Shown: piece by piece, positions 33,770 to 47,023 of the stretch | Numbering within the stretch: position 1 is the stretch's first letter | Layout: each line of letters opens with the position of its first letter | From: Paramoeba atlantica | Taxonomy: Eukaryota > Protista > Discosea | Direction: 5' to 3' | Length of the DNA stretch: 64,000 nucleotides | Assembly (NCBI GenBank): GCA_977017575.1 | Contig: CDRNVI010000012.1 | Span: forward strand, 682,001-746,000 | The notes under the pieces: model-generated | Databases searched by the model: none | The model's input: only the letters and a program-made list of their open reading frames with translations | What the model was told of the DNA's origin: nothing | Program-made: the position numbers and the translations under genes

Positions 33770-36378
33770 TCAAACACTCACGAAACTCAAATCTGACCAC
33801 AGCAAATAGATCACGAGCTAGTATGCTGGCTGAGAGCCAAAAGAAAGAAGTCTCCCGAAAATGTAGAGCCGCCAGACGACAGTACCACGCCCGACAAGCA
33901 TCCCAGCTGGAGAGCGCAAGACAGCGATGTAATCACTTCGAAATATTTAAAACAGCCAATGAAATATGCGACACACAGATTTCCCGGCAGGATAATGCTC
34001 CGCTGGAAAATAAAAAGGGTCAATTAATAAATGAGGCACAAGGAAAAGCTGAAATTTTTGCGTCATATTTCGAAGAGTTATATAGCGTAAAGAAACCTAA
34101 ACTAAACTTGGAACAAGTACAAGAAGACCTTGCAAGCATAAAACACCCGAATATTGGCGAATGCGTTCTGAAAACTGAACTGATAGACAATGAGATGCCG
34201 CCCACAGACAGTGAAATAACAGCCGCTATAAGGGACCTTAAGACGAGGAAATCAGCAGGAGCAGACAAAGTGACTCCTGAGCATTTCAAATGCATAGGAA
34301 TAAACACAGTGAACTGGTTTTCTGAAATTGTACGCATGTGCTGGAATAACTCACAGGTACCCTCTGACTGGCTGCAATCAGATCTTTACCCGATCTTTAA
34401 AAATGCTGCCCAATCAAAGCAAGGAAACGAGCGCACAAAGGTAAATTCGTATAGGGGCATCTCGTTAAATAGCGTGGCATCGAAAATTTTTGCCAACGTG
34501 CTTTTGAACAGAGCAAATCCCTGCATAGAACGACGTCTGCACGATTTACAGAACGGCTTCCGGAAAAACAGAGGAACTGACGACGCTATATTCATACTAC
34601 GGCGGGTAACAGAAGAACTAAAAAGAAATCGGACACCACTCTATATTGCGTATATAGACATTATGAAAGCATATGATAGTCTACCGCGAGAAGTCGTATG
34701 GGAAGTATGTGAAAAGTTCAATATTCGGGGTAAACTTCTTATGGCCATCAAAGCACTGTATAGAGGAACAAATTCGTGTATTCGATTAGGGGGGGACACC
34801 AGGAGCCGCCGATTTAAAATTCTAAATGGGCTTAAATGAGATTTAAATTCTAAATGGGCTTAAGCAAGGATGTCCGTTAAGCTGTGTACTGTTTAATGCA
34901 GTTCTGGACTGCGTCATAAGGAGAGCTCAACAAATTAAGAGCATAGGAGTAGAAATGAACTGGCGACTACCAAACGGACGTTCCCACCGCGGTGAAAAGG
35001 TACGTGGTCTGGATAAGATAGAATCGATTGCATACGCAGATGACATTGTTCTAATGTCAGACGAAAAGCACTTACTACAAAGCAGTCTGCAGACGCACTC
35101 AGACGTTATGGCTTCATGGGGGTTAACTATCAATACGGACAAGACAAAGACTCAAGTCATTCAGCCGCAAAACACAAGCGAATATATTACATTAAGTTTG
35201 TACGTAGATAACAAACCAATTCAACATTTCCGATACTTGGGTACCATAATCAGTGAGGACACGAGCCTCGACAGAGAGTTATCTAATAGAATACGATCCG
35301 CCAACATAGCTCTAAGGAATATGTCTATGTTTTGGCGAAACTTCGATATCTCGAACAGGACAAAGGCAATCTTTCTGGATGCCTGCATCTTGACAAGATT
35401 ACTATACGGAAGTGCCTCATGGGCACTTACAACTCAACAACACGACAAGCTCAATTTAGTTTACATGGGAATGGTAAGATTTGCAATGGGAATACCTACC
35501 GCAAAAGCACTAAGGAACCCACAAGGACATGCACAAGCGCAAGGCTACTCGATAAAACGTACATCGCACAAGTACACACTTCGAAGATCCGAATTATGTC
35601 CATTAAGAGTAAAAATCGACACTCGCATTATGGAATTTGCTGGGCATATAGCAAGGATGCAAAACGACAGGACTCCCAACAAAATACTTTTTGGAAAATA
35701 CGCAGCCTCATCAACCGCCCTCTCCCGTCCACCTGTATTTGAAAGAACCGTCATCTCTGCGGTTGAGAGAACAAACATGCCATCGAACATTACATGGAAA
35801 AGTATGGCCCAAGATAGAACACAATGGTCCAGGTACATCACACAATACAATTCGAAGCACAAGCCTATTACGAAACAAAAGAATAAGCGTCAAAAATTAA
35901 TGAATTGACAAAGCGTTAAATCTGAAACTCCACCGCCCGGCGTCAATAAAGAAAGGCGCTAAAGAACTAGGGCGTCGGGAGTTTTGCGGAAACACACTAT
36001 CTGGCACCACCAAAACGAGGTGCTAAGAAACTAGGGTAGTATGTCTTTCCCGTGGATGGGGTTACCCGGCGTCAGCAAAACAAGATGCCAAATAATTAGG
36101 GTAAACGCCCAGACACACCAAACTGGAACCAGCTGCTGCGGCTTTACGCTTGCGCGAGAGCTGGTATGGCCATGGGGCGCTGCAAGCATCTTTACAGAAT
36201 TGCCAGCAGTGTAGGGGTACTTGCGCACCCCGCCTCCCAAGCAAAAATGGAACCAACTTCCTACACCGAGCTACACGCTCTGCAGTTAGTTGGTGTGAGG
36301 CACCTCAGCTCTCTCTGAGGAGGTAACATCTCTTTATTGGGATATATGCCTTTACCATCATCATCATCATCATCATCA
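33770..36378 (+). mobile_element. 5'-truncated RTE-like LINE (RT) with (CAT)n tail
   Basis: ORFs 33823..34839 and 34955..35908; YRGISL, QNGFR, GLKQGCPLS (broken by an about 25-bp duplication at 34811-34863), YADD, GHIARM..RTPNKIL; (CAT)n at 36356-36378. Confidence 0.85.
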
Positions 36379-36420
36379 ATAATACCAAAGATTTCTAATA
36401 GACCGAAACTAAAAACCTGT

Positions 36421-39400
36421 TCAGAGGCCCAGTTCCTGAGATGTCTCCTGCGTTAGATAATTTTTCAGCTGGGAAAATACCACTGATCCGTTCAACTCTT
36501 GAAGGTGCAACGAAAATTCGTTCAAAGTTTTCCCTCTTTCAAGCCCACAGCAGTCCGCTAGCGTATGCAGAAGGGTCTTGAGCCCTTGATGCATGGCGCC
36601 GCCGGAGAGGACTGGGATGCATTTAAAACGTTCCTGCGGAATCATCCCCGATGCGACGTACGTATTATGTTTCCGTGCGATCGCATCCCTCATTAGGGCC
36701 CCACTCCCTCGCCGCAAGTTCGACGGCGCCAATTCATGGATTACAGTGAGGTCGTAGAAGACTTCACCGGACGCCCAATATATGACTATATCAGGTCCGG
36801 ACCGGTGAAGACTAGCATTTCGGCAGATCTGTTGGTGCTCACGTTTGCGCCAATGCGGGAACGACTCCCCGCAAGTGGAGCATTTGTAGGTCGTAAATTG
36901 TCGTGGCTCCCGCTCGCATGGTACCCCAGCCTTCATGCACAGATCGTAAATTCTACGCACCAGCGCATCATGTTTCGTCGTGGCATTGTTTCCAGAGCAC
37001 TGAACACATCCCGCTATGTGCGAGAGGGCTGACGAAGACTCAAGAATGACTCGACACCCCGGGCATTGTAAGTTTCCTGGAAGCCGCGGGTGACTGAGAC
37101 CAAGACGAGGTATAAGTGCCAAGGTGTAAAATTTGGAAGATACTAGTTTTGCGTTCGACTGTATCCACGATGAATTCCCTTTCTCGCTTGCGGCGCGCAG
37201 TAACGACGCGACATTCGGGTCTTTCGACAGCGATTCCTTAATTGATTTGTTAAGCTGTGCTTCGGTGACGAATTCGTCGTTAGGGGGGCGGATTGAATCT
37301 TCATTTCCTACCGGCGATGGGGATGTAAGGCCTGTCGCTCGAACTGAAAGTGAATTTAGTCGTTCAAAAGCGTTGTGCCTCGACGCCTCATACGCCGATT
37401 TTCGTAGAAGATCCGTGGGCGTCAGCCCTAAACCTCCACTCTTTACCGGAAGTCGTGCCCACGCGATCTGTTTCGGATTCATTTCTCCGAACCAGGTGGT
37501 CAGAACTTCTTGCACCTCTTTGTCGAAGGATTTCGCCATCTCAAAGGTTTCCTCTGGCCGATGGACTCGTATGTGGTACCTGTGTCTCACATTAACGCAT
37601 CGCGACAAGAGGAGCATCGAAATGTTATTCGCACCCATGGTTTTCAGCCGCCGGAAAAATGCCCGGTGTTTTTCAAGCTTGTTGAGAAGTAATTCGCTGA
37701 CTCTGGTTGATCCCCCTAAATAGGCTCCTAGAACTTTGACGGCTTTTTCGGCTATCTGAACACCTTCGTTGACTAGTTTCTCGGGTAGTTTGACGTTGTT
37801 TAATCCATCAAACCAAACACATTTTTGCGGCGCAAGTCGGATCGATTTACTTTCCAGGAGCTCCTTGAGACGGACGTATGCAGAGGCGATGAGATCCACA
37901 TCGTGTGAGGAGATGTTGATGTCATCGACATAAGCGTATATGTTAAGCGATGGGAATTCCTGCGCGATCGTCTCAAGAATCGGTTGAAGAAATGTACAGA
38001 AATACAACGTTGATAACGGCGACCCCTGACGCACTCCAGCCGAACTCTCGACTTTGGAGAATAATTCCCCGTTTTTGCCATAGAAGAGGAGCTCTGATGG
38101 TTCCCCATATTCAGCAACAAAAAGTCGCTGAAAGGGTCGAAGTGCGCTAAACGCGAAAATCGCTTTCGCAATGTCATCGCGTGAAGGGCTGTTAAAGGCG
38201 TTTTTCATGTCCAGAGAGAGAATGGCGTGTCCTTCCATGTACCGACGATTGAGCTCGTGCACGATAGTTTCACAGCCCGCTTGGCTCATAACCCCGTGTT
38301 GCATCGGAAGAAACAGCTTCGCGAATTTGTGTTCATGTCGAAGTATTAGGACCAGCCCCGCCAACTTCAACAGAACCTCCCCCATCGCCACAGGCCTAAC
38401 GGATTTTGATGTCTTGGGAAGTGCCACGAGACGCGCTCTCCTCAATCTACGCATGACTTCTTTGGACAGCATCCCGTTGACAAGATCACAGATCATATGA
38501 CACAGACTGGAACAACAGATCTCATCATCCAATAACAACCGAACAATGGCTTCCGTTGTACCCGAAGGTCCGGGAGCCGATCCCTTTGCTAGTCTTTTCC
38601 CTGCATCACGTAGCTCTTGCGGTGGGAGGCACGCAAACTTCGGGGCGTCTGTCGGAAGCGCGAATGAAATAGGCAACGAGGGATGCAATTTTCGCAATTG
38701 GTCCAATTTTCCTTCATCCGTCATCGTTGTAATTGCAGTTTCCTGATCTAATACTCGCGTTCCCTTCTTCGTTGCTCCTTCCAAGAGCAGTCTCGTTGCT
38801 TTCTTTATAGCCCGCAAATCACTCGCCTTTTGCTCCGCTTCACTGTTCAGAGTTGTCGTCTCCTGAATTTCAACTGGACGGCGACGACGCTTCTTTCCAA
38901 TGATGTGGCGCACTGTGGCTAAAGAGTGTTTCATTGCCGACAGAGTTCTGTTCCAAATTTGATTCCGTTGCTCGTACGAGGAACTCGCGTAGTCCCTCAT
39001 GATATCCCGATAGATCGCGACAACACAAGGTACAAACTCGGAACTAACGGACCGTAAGGTGGGCATTGGGTCGAGGTCCAAATCAGCTTCGGTGTGATCA
39101 AGATCATGTCTGTCTTTGTCTTCTGTGGAATTCGTTTCCCCCGCGTTTCTCCTTGGCTCATCAAGCCAGCGTATCGAATGTTTATCGAATGAATTCGCAC
39201 GTTGGGATTCGGCGGAATAAACCCCTCAAATTTGGTTCCAGATTTGTGCCCTTCCACGCCTTCATATGATATGGCTATTCTACCGGCTCCCGCCCGTTAT
39301 TTCATCATCATAAAGAGAAAAAGAAAAAGAAAAAGAAAATCTTAATGGATAGTTCTTGGATAGTTGGGTTGCTGTTCGTCTGTTGTAGGTGTAGATTTCT

Positions 39401-39870
39401 CTTCGTAAATTGAGAGAAGGGGGGAAGGTGAACAAAAAAAAAAAAGAAAAAAAAAAAAAAACTGGACAACTGGGACCCCACAGAAGCTGAGGGATTTTCC
39501 AGCTCAGCACATGACATAAATGACAAAAAAAAAAACCCGTTTCTTGACTGATTTCACCGCACCCCTCGATATATTTAATTGTGTGGAATCGCTAAAACAC
39601 CACGCCACCAGGCAACCATCACCGCGCTTCGACATTTTTGATTGATCCCAAACGAGGTCTGGTGCCATAGGGAAATGTCGAGCCGAATCTATCGTTCCTT
39701 TCCACGTCTCTATTATTCTCGCTTCTTCAGCTAATCCGGCCGGGGGTGCTTCAACTGCGGTTTCAATGGTCGTGTTTGTTTGTTCACTGTCTTCGACCTC
39801 CGATTCCCCAGCAGCATTGAAAACCGGAATCACATTATGGCTGATGCTCCCTCCAGCGCGTGTCGGGATT
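36421..39870 (-). mobile_element. REL-family element; RT-REL part intact (ORF 36421..39081, 886 aa), 5' part interrupted
   Basis: RPVAMGE, GVRQGSPLS, YVDD, RSGPDIVIYW..YDLTVIHEL; N-terminal domain fragment at 39504-39833; poly(A)-tailed insert at about 39300-39460. Confidence 0.9.
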
Positions 39871-39879
39871 TCGTCGGGC

Positions 39880-39992
39880 TTTGTTAAGACCCTTTCTTTT
39901 GTTAAGACCCTTTCTTTTGTTAAGACCTTTCTTTTTATGAGAACCTTTCTTTTTATGAGAACCTTTCTTTTTATGAGAACCTTTCTTTTTAT
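39880..39992. repeat. 18-bp minisatellite grading from TTAAGACCCTTTCTTTTG to ATGAGAACCTTTCTTTTT
   Basis: About six tandem units visible. Confidence 0.9.
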
Positions 39993-40139
39993 GATTCGTT
40001 CCTTTAGATATTATGAAAGTATCGCACATATGTCCCGTATCCCAAAATATCACGAATGTTCACGTATCGCATAAAGTTCCCGTATCCCAAAAAACACTTA
40101 CCATACGCCGTATCATACACCCCGATTTGTGAGGATTCT

Positions 40140-41740
40140 GCAGCTATTCCTTGCCTTCCTAGAAAGCCATTTCATCGTCTTCCAACGGTAGGAAAAATTG
40201 TCTGAGCTGACCGATAATGACTGATCCGTGGAGTTCTTGCAAACGAAGCACGAAATCTTGAATGGCTCTCTCCCGTTCGAGCCCACACGCATCGGCCAGT
40301 GTATGCAGAAGGATTTTCGTGTTCCCGTGCAAAGCGCCTCCCGATAGCATAGGTATACATCGAAATTGGTGGCTTGGTATTTGCTTGGAAAGAACGTAGG
40401 TATTATGCTTTCGTCGTATAACTTCGCGCATTAGCTGTGCACCGGATCTGGATACGTTAGACGGGGAGAGCTAGACCCTTTCTTAAGACTCTTTCTTTTG
40501 TATGATTTCAATTTTTTGCGCATATTCGCTGGCCTGTTGTTCATTCAAAAACAAAGGTCTTAACAAAAGCCCGTGGAGCGCATACATTATATACGCGCCG
40601 ATTACTATCAAATGTTCACATTCTAATAAACTAATATCCCTTTCTTTTCTTAAGAAGTATTTGAGATGACAAGCTTAAAAACTTGTCTCAGTGTATTGGT
40701 CGTGAGCTAGAAACTGGCGGAGTTGAGCGTGGAGGATACTTCCTGCCTGTTCCTGGTGGAGTAGCGTAAATGTTTCCATTACGCTGTGTCTCTCTAGCCC
40801 GCAACGGTCCGCAATAGCCCACAGGAGATTCCGAGTGGCGTTGTGCATGGAACCGCAGGACAGAACAGGGATACATTCAAAGCATTCCTTGTTTATCATG
40901 CCACTGTCAACATAGCGTACACGCTTGCGCTTTATCGCTTCGTAATTCCTCTCCGGGTATGCTCTCTGCTATTTTATCTCCACATTTGTAAGAAGAAAGA
41001 CGTAAAGTTTCTATGCTATATGAATTGAGTAAATGCTACTACATATTCGTTCTTTGATGAAAGGTATGTTGTTTACGCTAACTTTGAAGAGAAAATTTTT
41101 TATTGCTTGAAATCTAGTTGACTTACGAGTGGGTGTTCGCCGGCACCCACCCGCGAACAAAACTACCCACCTAGAAGGAAAAAGAATAGAAAAATATTCT
41201 GTAAAAAAATAATATGCTATTTTGTAATTCGTCACTACGAAGGTAATAAAGACAACATACTAAACAAATTTTTAACCACTCCGATGAATTACTTTCGTAA
41301 ACTTTCATTCATGAGGAATGTCGTATTGTGTTTGATATTCGAGGGAGCCAGTTCGTGAACTACTGTGAGGTCGTAGTATTTCTCTCCTGAAGCCCATTGA
41401 ATTGCGAGGTCGGGGCCCGTGCGACGCAGAGTACTTCCAACACATGTCCTGGTATGTTCCGTTTTGTTTTCAGGGTGGATCGTGGCTGCGCACGCAGAGC
41501 ACTCATAGTAACTGAACTGACGAGGTTCACGTTCACACGGCAAGCCAGCTCGGAGGCATAGCTCGTAAAGGTAGCGAACAAGGGCATGATGCTTCGTAGT
41601 TACATTGTGTCCTGCACATTTGACGCATCCAGGTATGTGGGTTAGCGCTTCCGAGGAGCTTAGGAGCTTTTTGCATCCCGGGCATAGCAACGAGTTTGGC
41701 AGTTGTGGGTGGCTTATTTTTAGTCGTGACATGATGTTTA
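40140..41740 (-). pseudogene. Three short REL-family 3'-end fragments (40159-40431, 40675-40899, 41289-41732)
   Basis: Each shows the C-terminal motifs CIP(M/V)LSxG(A/S)xH..QE or LLCPGC..GPDL..YDLTVVHEL. Confidence 0.8.
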
Positions 41741-41750
41741 GCGTGTAGAT

Positions 41751-42460
41751 GTGCGAAGGAATGATTTTGCGATTCCCGATAAGCCATTCATAGCTCCCTT
41801 TCTTGCTGCAAGCTTTAATCGTCGGAGCCCACTCCTTGTTTTTGAGAAGATTTGTCTGGATTTCTGTGGCTCTTTTGGTCTCCTATATTCAGCCTATGCA
41901 GTCGTCTCTCAATTGCGCCAATATATAGAAACCGAGAAATGGGTAGGAGGACTCCGTCTTTAAACACTCCTCTGAATATTACATTTTCGCTGCTTTTAAC
42001 ATTTCGTTAATAATGTTTCGTTGCTTTCAGCCTTTGGTGATTAATAATGTTTCGTTGCTTTCAGCCTTTGGTGATTACTGTTTCGCTGCTTGGTTAGGTT
42101 TCAGCCTTTGGTTATTTTTTTTTTTTGCTGCTTGGTGATTATTGTTCCGCAGCTTTCAGCTCTTGGTTGTTACTGTTTCGCTGCTTTGGGTTATCACCGT
42201 TTCGCTGCTTTGAGTCGTCACTTTTTCGCTGCTTTCAGCATTCGGCTATTACTGTTTTGCTTTTTTGAGTAACATGTGAATAAATAAAGGAACGGAAAAC
42301 ACGTGAAACTATTATTTTGAGTATACAGCAACATTGTATACTGCCATTGTATACTACAACAAGACGTTAAAGTCGTAAAAAAAGACTAAATCATTGATCG
42401 ACTAAAAAAAAATAAACGCGTCTTTAGACCTTTACTTTTATTAAGACCTTTACTTTAAAA
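41751..42460 (+). mobile_element. 3' end of a diverged REL subfamily plus its repeat-containing 3' UTR
   Basis: YAVVSQLRQYIETEKWVGGLRL* matches the C-terminus of ORF 55702..57270 (YTIVSQLRNHIKGEKWLGGLRL*). Confidence 0.72.
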
Positions 42461-42517
42461 AAAAAAAAAAAAAAAAAGTATGTGGATCAAAAGGTTTTTT
42501 TTTTTTTTTTTGTGAGC

Positions 42518-42551
<34 letters not shown>

Positions 42552-42789
42552 GGGGAAGGAAGTAGGGGAAGGAAGGAAGTAGGGTGAAAGGTTTTAAGTG
42601 GTGGAAAGTTCGAAACATAGATATAAACATTAGAATCAATACTACTCCCCCCCCCCAAAAAAAAAAAAAAAAAAATTAACAGAGTCATTAAAGAATCGTT
42701 GAGTAAGGACCCGAAAATTGCACCAGTGCTGAGAGCAGCAAGTAAAAAAAAAAAATCTCCCGCTTTTTTTTTGTGAACACTATTGTGGT

Positions 42790-44520
42790 ATTCTTGATTT
42801 ATCTTGTCTCCTCGTCCTCAGGTGTCTTATGTGATTCCTCCAACGTCCCTGCAGGTGCTGGCGGTTCCATGCGTTGTGCCATCCGAGCTGAAAAGGTTTT
42901 TTGATGCTCAAAAACGGCATGTCGCGATGAAGTGTACGCAGCGTTCCGCAAGGGTTCTGTTGCTGGAATACCCAATCCACCTTTCTTTAAAGGTAGTCTT
43001 GCTATCATTTCTTGCTCTGGACTCAGAGGTCCCAACCACGATGTGACGACATTCTTGATCTCGTGGTCAAATTTTTGCGCTAGCTCAAGTGAGGCCTCTG
43101 GTTTATGTACCCGTACGTGATAACGGTGCCGAACGTTTACGCTGCGCGATAGCAAAAGCAGGGACGCGTTGTTGGCACCCATCTTTTTAAGACGTCTGAA
43201 TATCGTATGGTGTTTTTCCAGCGTTCGGATTAATTCGGATCCTATGCGCTGTTCCTCCCCAACGAATGCACCCAGTACTTTAATGACTTCGCTCTCTGTA
43301 CGCACACCTTCTTCTTTGAGTGTTGATGGAATGGGGGCGTCGCTTTTCCCTTCAAACCAGATGCATTTTTCGTTATTGAGTTGAATTCCTTTAGTGAGAA
43401 GCAGGGTTTGTAACCGGTGGTATGCCGCCTCGACCTCTTTTCCACTAGGAGAAGTGAGGCTGACGTCGTCGACGTAAGCTAGAACTTTGACGTTTGGAAA
43501 TTCCTGCGCTATGGTCTCCAACATGGGTTGCAGAAAGCAGCAAAAGAAAACCGTCGAGAGTGGGGAGCCTTGACGAACACCTGCATTGCTCTCAAGTACG
43601 CAGTACAATGTACCGGTATGTCCGTAAAAAAGAAGTTCTGAGGCTTCTTTGTATTGCGCCGCAAACACTCTTTGAAAGGGCTTCATTGTGGCGAAACCAA
43701 AGACTGCTTTTGCTATTTCGTCACGGGATGGAACGTTGAATGCGTTGCGAAAGTCGAGCGATAAAATGACGTGGCCTTGCTCATATAGATCACTGAGATT
43801 ATGTATTACGCTTTCACAACCGGATTTGGATAACACTCCTTGTTGAAGGGGCTGGAATAAGGTAGCGAGCGATGATTCGTGTCGAAGTAATAGGACGAGT
43901 TCAGCGAGTTTTAGTAGTGTTTCTCCCATGGCGATTGGACGAACTCCTCCATTTGGCTTTGGAATAGCCACCAATCGAGCTCTTTTCAATCGTCGCATAA
44001 TGTCGGTAGGCAGCACCCCGTTGACCAGATCCACTAGCATGTGGCACAAGCTTCTGCAGCATATTTCGTCGTCGATTAGCAGACGGAGAATGATTAGCAG
44101 ACGGAGAATTTTTTTTTCAGACGGAGAATGACGTCATTCATCCCGGTCGGACCTGGAGATGAACCTTTGGCCAACCGGCGACCAGCAAGTCGAAGTTCCT
44201 CGGGCGATATGCAAGCCATTGCCGGCGCATCGGGTGGCAACGTGAAGGTGCAAGGATGCTTTGGATGTAGTTTCTCCAATTTTTCCAGAATTTCCTGATC
44301 TGACGCACTTGTTGTGATCATTTCCCGGTCTAAAATTTTAGTAGCCCTGGATGTCGCACCCTCCTTTACTAGCCGCATTGCTTTCTTAATGGCTCGATTG
44401 TCACAGTTTTCTTCGTGGGTCTTGTTAGTATCGTTGCGTGATCGAAAAGGGCGATTCCTGCGTCTTCTTTCTGATTCGGCCCGTACTGTCGGATTCTGGC
44501 TCGTACGAAATCTTTGCAGC
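42790..44520 (-). pseudogene. REL-family RT fragment
   Basis: ORFs 44094..44378 and 42799..44049; RPIAMGE, GVRQGSPLS, YVDD; small tandem duplication at about 44078-44108. Confidence 0.85.
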
Positions 44521-44849
44521 TGATATCCTTTCTTGAGAAGGACAAACGGGGTACAGACTATGCGATATGAAGGAACAATGGCAGGAATGTGTTTCGTTTT
44601 TTTTTGTTTTTGTTTTGATTTGAAAGAACTTCACGATATTCAAGTTCAAGTAAAATCAAAATTTCCATTGTGCAATTCTTTTCGTAAACTTTCAGTATCT
44701 GGGCCGTTGTATACGAGGTTCCGTGACTGTGATGAATCCGAGTGTTCTGATTGCGTGTCGCAGTCCGTTTGCAAGATGTTCTTTATATTCAACGAACTTG
44801 AATTTGAGATTTTGATTCACTTTTTATAAAGAACAGTGACAAAGAACAC

Positions 44850-46806
44850 TACATAAGAAAAAGGTCTGTTTCAAAGTAAACTTCGTAGCCTGACATCTTC
44901 GTCTTCTTTTCTTCGTCTGACGCAATCGTCTCAAAGCCTGTCGCCAATGAGAACTTGACTGCCGATAGCAACTTATGCCATATCTGGTTTTTGAGCTTTT
45001 GCGGACTATCCGCGTATTCACGCATGAGGTCTCTGAAAATTGAAATGACGCATGGAATGAATTCGGTTTCAATGGTTTTTGTCGTGGGAAGTGGTTCAAA
45101 GTCAAGGTCTTTTTTTCTCAATACCATCTTTCCACCCCCCGCACCATCGACGCCATCGCCACCTCGGGCACCCTCACCTCCGCCGTCTGCGCCGACGCCT
45201 CCGCCATCTCCGCGATCTTCGTTGCCTCCTACACCGCTCGCATTTCGAGGGCCGACGACCCTTCCGCCGACTGAAGCGCGTTCGCCGTCGCCACCTCCGC
45301 CCCTCACATTGCGGGAGCCGTCGTCCCCCCAAACGAATACACCGCGATCGGACCCGGTGTTACCACCACCATTGCCGTCTCCGACACCACTACCCTTGCC
45401 GCTGCCGACACCCCGCAAGCCTCGAATCAAAGTGATAATGCAGAAAAAGAAGCCTGAGGATCACAGGTTGCACCGAGATAAAGAACAAACAACTCTGGAA
45501 CCCTCTCGTCTGGAAACACTCGGGAAAGTTGCTGGCGTCGTCGGAAAAACCGTGTGGAAAGGTCTTCTGACACTGCACGGTTTCCCAACTGCGGAAGAAA
45601 GATTGGAGCGCGAACGAAGGCTCTCGGAGATCGAAGCTCAAGAAAAGCAATTCAGCGCCCCATCGCCCACTTCGTCGGACTTGGCTACATCCTCCGTTGT
45701 CAAAAGCATTGAGACTCCAGCGCCGAGCATGAGAGGAGAGACGAAGGAGTCAGATACACAGGATCAGACCTTTGCTGACTGTATTACGCCCGACGAAACT
45801 CGGGCTCACCCCAACTGAACCGATTCGCGAAGCAGCGTTCTTCAAATCCAAACGAGCAGCTATGGAGCGACCAATTCATCTTTCAGCTCCCGCTACTCTA
45901 ATGGATTTGCCAGCGCTGAACTCGCTCTCCAGCCAACGACCTCTCACTGATGAAGCGGTTACGGAAGAAGTCCACCACAATGCAGTGCGCGAGTCTTTGA
46001 TGAAAGACAAGGGTCAGGCTGATATCATTCGTGTGGCCAGTGCGAAAGGGAATTACAATTGGCTCACCGCTTGCACCAAATTCATTCCTTCGCGACTTTT
46101 CACGTTGGCGATAATGCCCCGTTTCGGAATAGAGCATCCGTTGCTACCATCGAAGGTACAATGTCCTGGGTGCCACGTTCTCCTCACCTCCAGCAGCGCA
46201 ATTGCTCACGTGTCCGGATGCGTTAAATGCTCTGGGATTAACGCTACCACAAAACACAACAGAATGGTGCGTCAACTCTATGCGCTATGTATTAAGGCCG
46301 GCATTCCCTGCGAGCTCGAACCTAGACAATTCGCGACATACACCTGCGGAAAGTGCGGTACCACTGTTGACGGTGAAAATAAAGCGTCACACCAAAGGAC
46401 TTGCGGATCTGGTTCATTCCACCATTCCGGGCCAGATTTAGTCATCCATTGGGCAGACGGGGACATCTTTTATGATTTTACCGTCATACACGAGCTTTCA
46501 CAATCCAACATCAAACGCAGCGGCGCAATTCTCATGCGAGACGCTATCAAGCGTAAGATTAACCGGTACGTCGTGTCGAGCTTAATTCCGAAACAGCAGT
46601 TTTTGTGCATTCCCATGCTTTCTGGAGGCGCCATGCATCCAAACACCAAGGAATTATTGTCGGCTCTTGCAGATGCATGTGGACTGGCACGCGATAAGAT
46701 TCACCAGGATTTCGCTTTGCAATTGCAAGAACTGAATGGTTCGGTCGCAATGTCTCAATTTAGGAAATACTTGGCACCGGTCGATGGAGATGAAACGGCC
46801 CTGTGA
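44850..46806. pseudogene. Mosaic of REL fragments: minus-strand DLDFEPLPT region (44850-45110), plus-strand Pro-rich N-terminus (45120-45818) and C-terminus (about 45800-46806)
   Basis: Motif matches to paralogs in this window; the internal RT is missing from the plus-strand copy. Confidence 0.75.
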
Positions 46807-46921
46807 ATACCAGTTGAATGCCGTTAGCGAGGTGCGTTAAAAAAAAAATAGGAAATCTTTAACGGTGAATTTTGAATACACGATAAATCAAGAATACCAC
46901 AATAGTGTTCACATTAGTAAT

Positions 46922-47022
46922 TCACCATAGCAAACGTCATATTCGTCTGTATACACATGGGGTTACATCTGGGGGGTGTATATATCAAATCAGTTGAATT
47001 CTCACAACAGGTACAATGCCCC
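46922..47022 (-). mobile_element. About 100-bp fragment of the YR2-type A repeat
   Basis: Reverse complement of about 16250-16350, near-identical. Confidence 0.85.
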
Positions 47023-47023
47023 C

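Noticed and set aside
35995-36045. Pr77/HDV-like ribozyme (minus strand CCCTAG..CACCTC..GTGGTGCCAG resembles the ingi/L1Tc signature)
   Set aside because: The P1 helix cannot be formed, and the site lies in a 3' UTR rather than at a 5' end.
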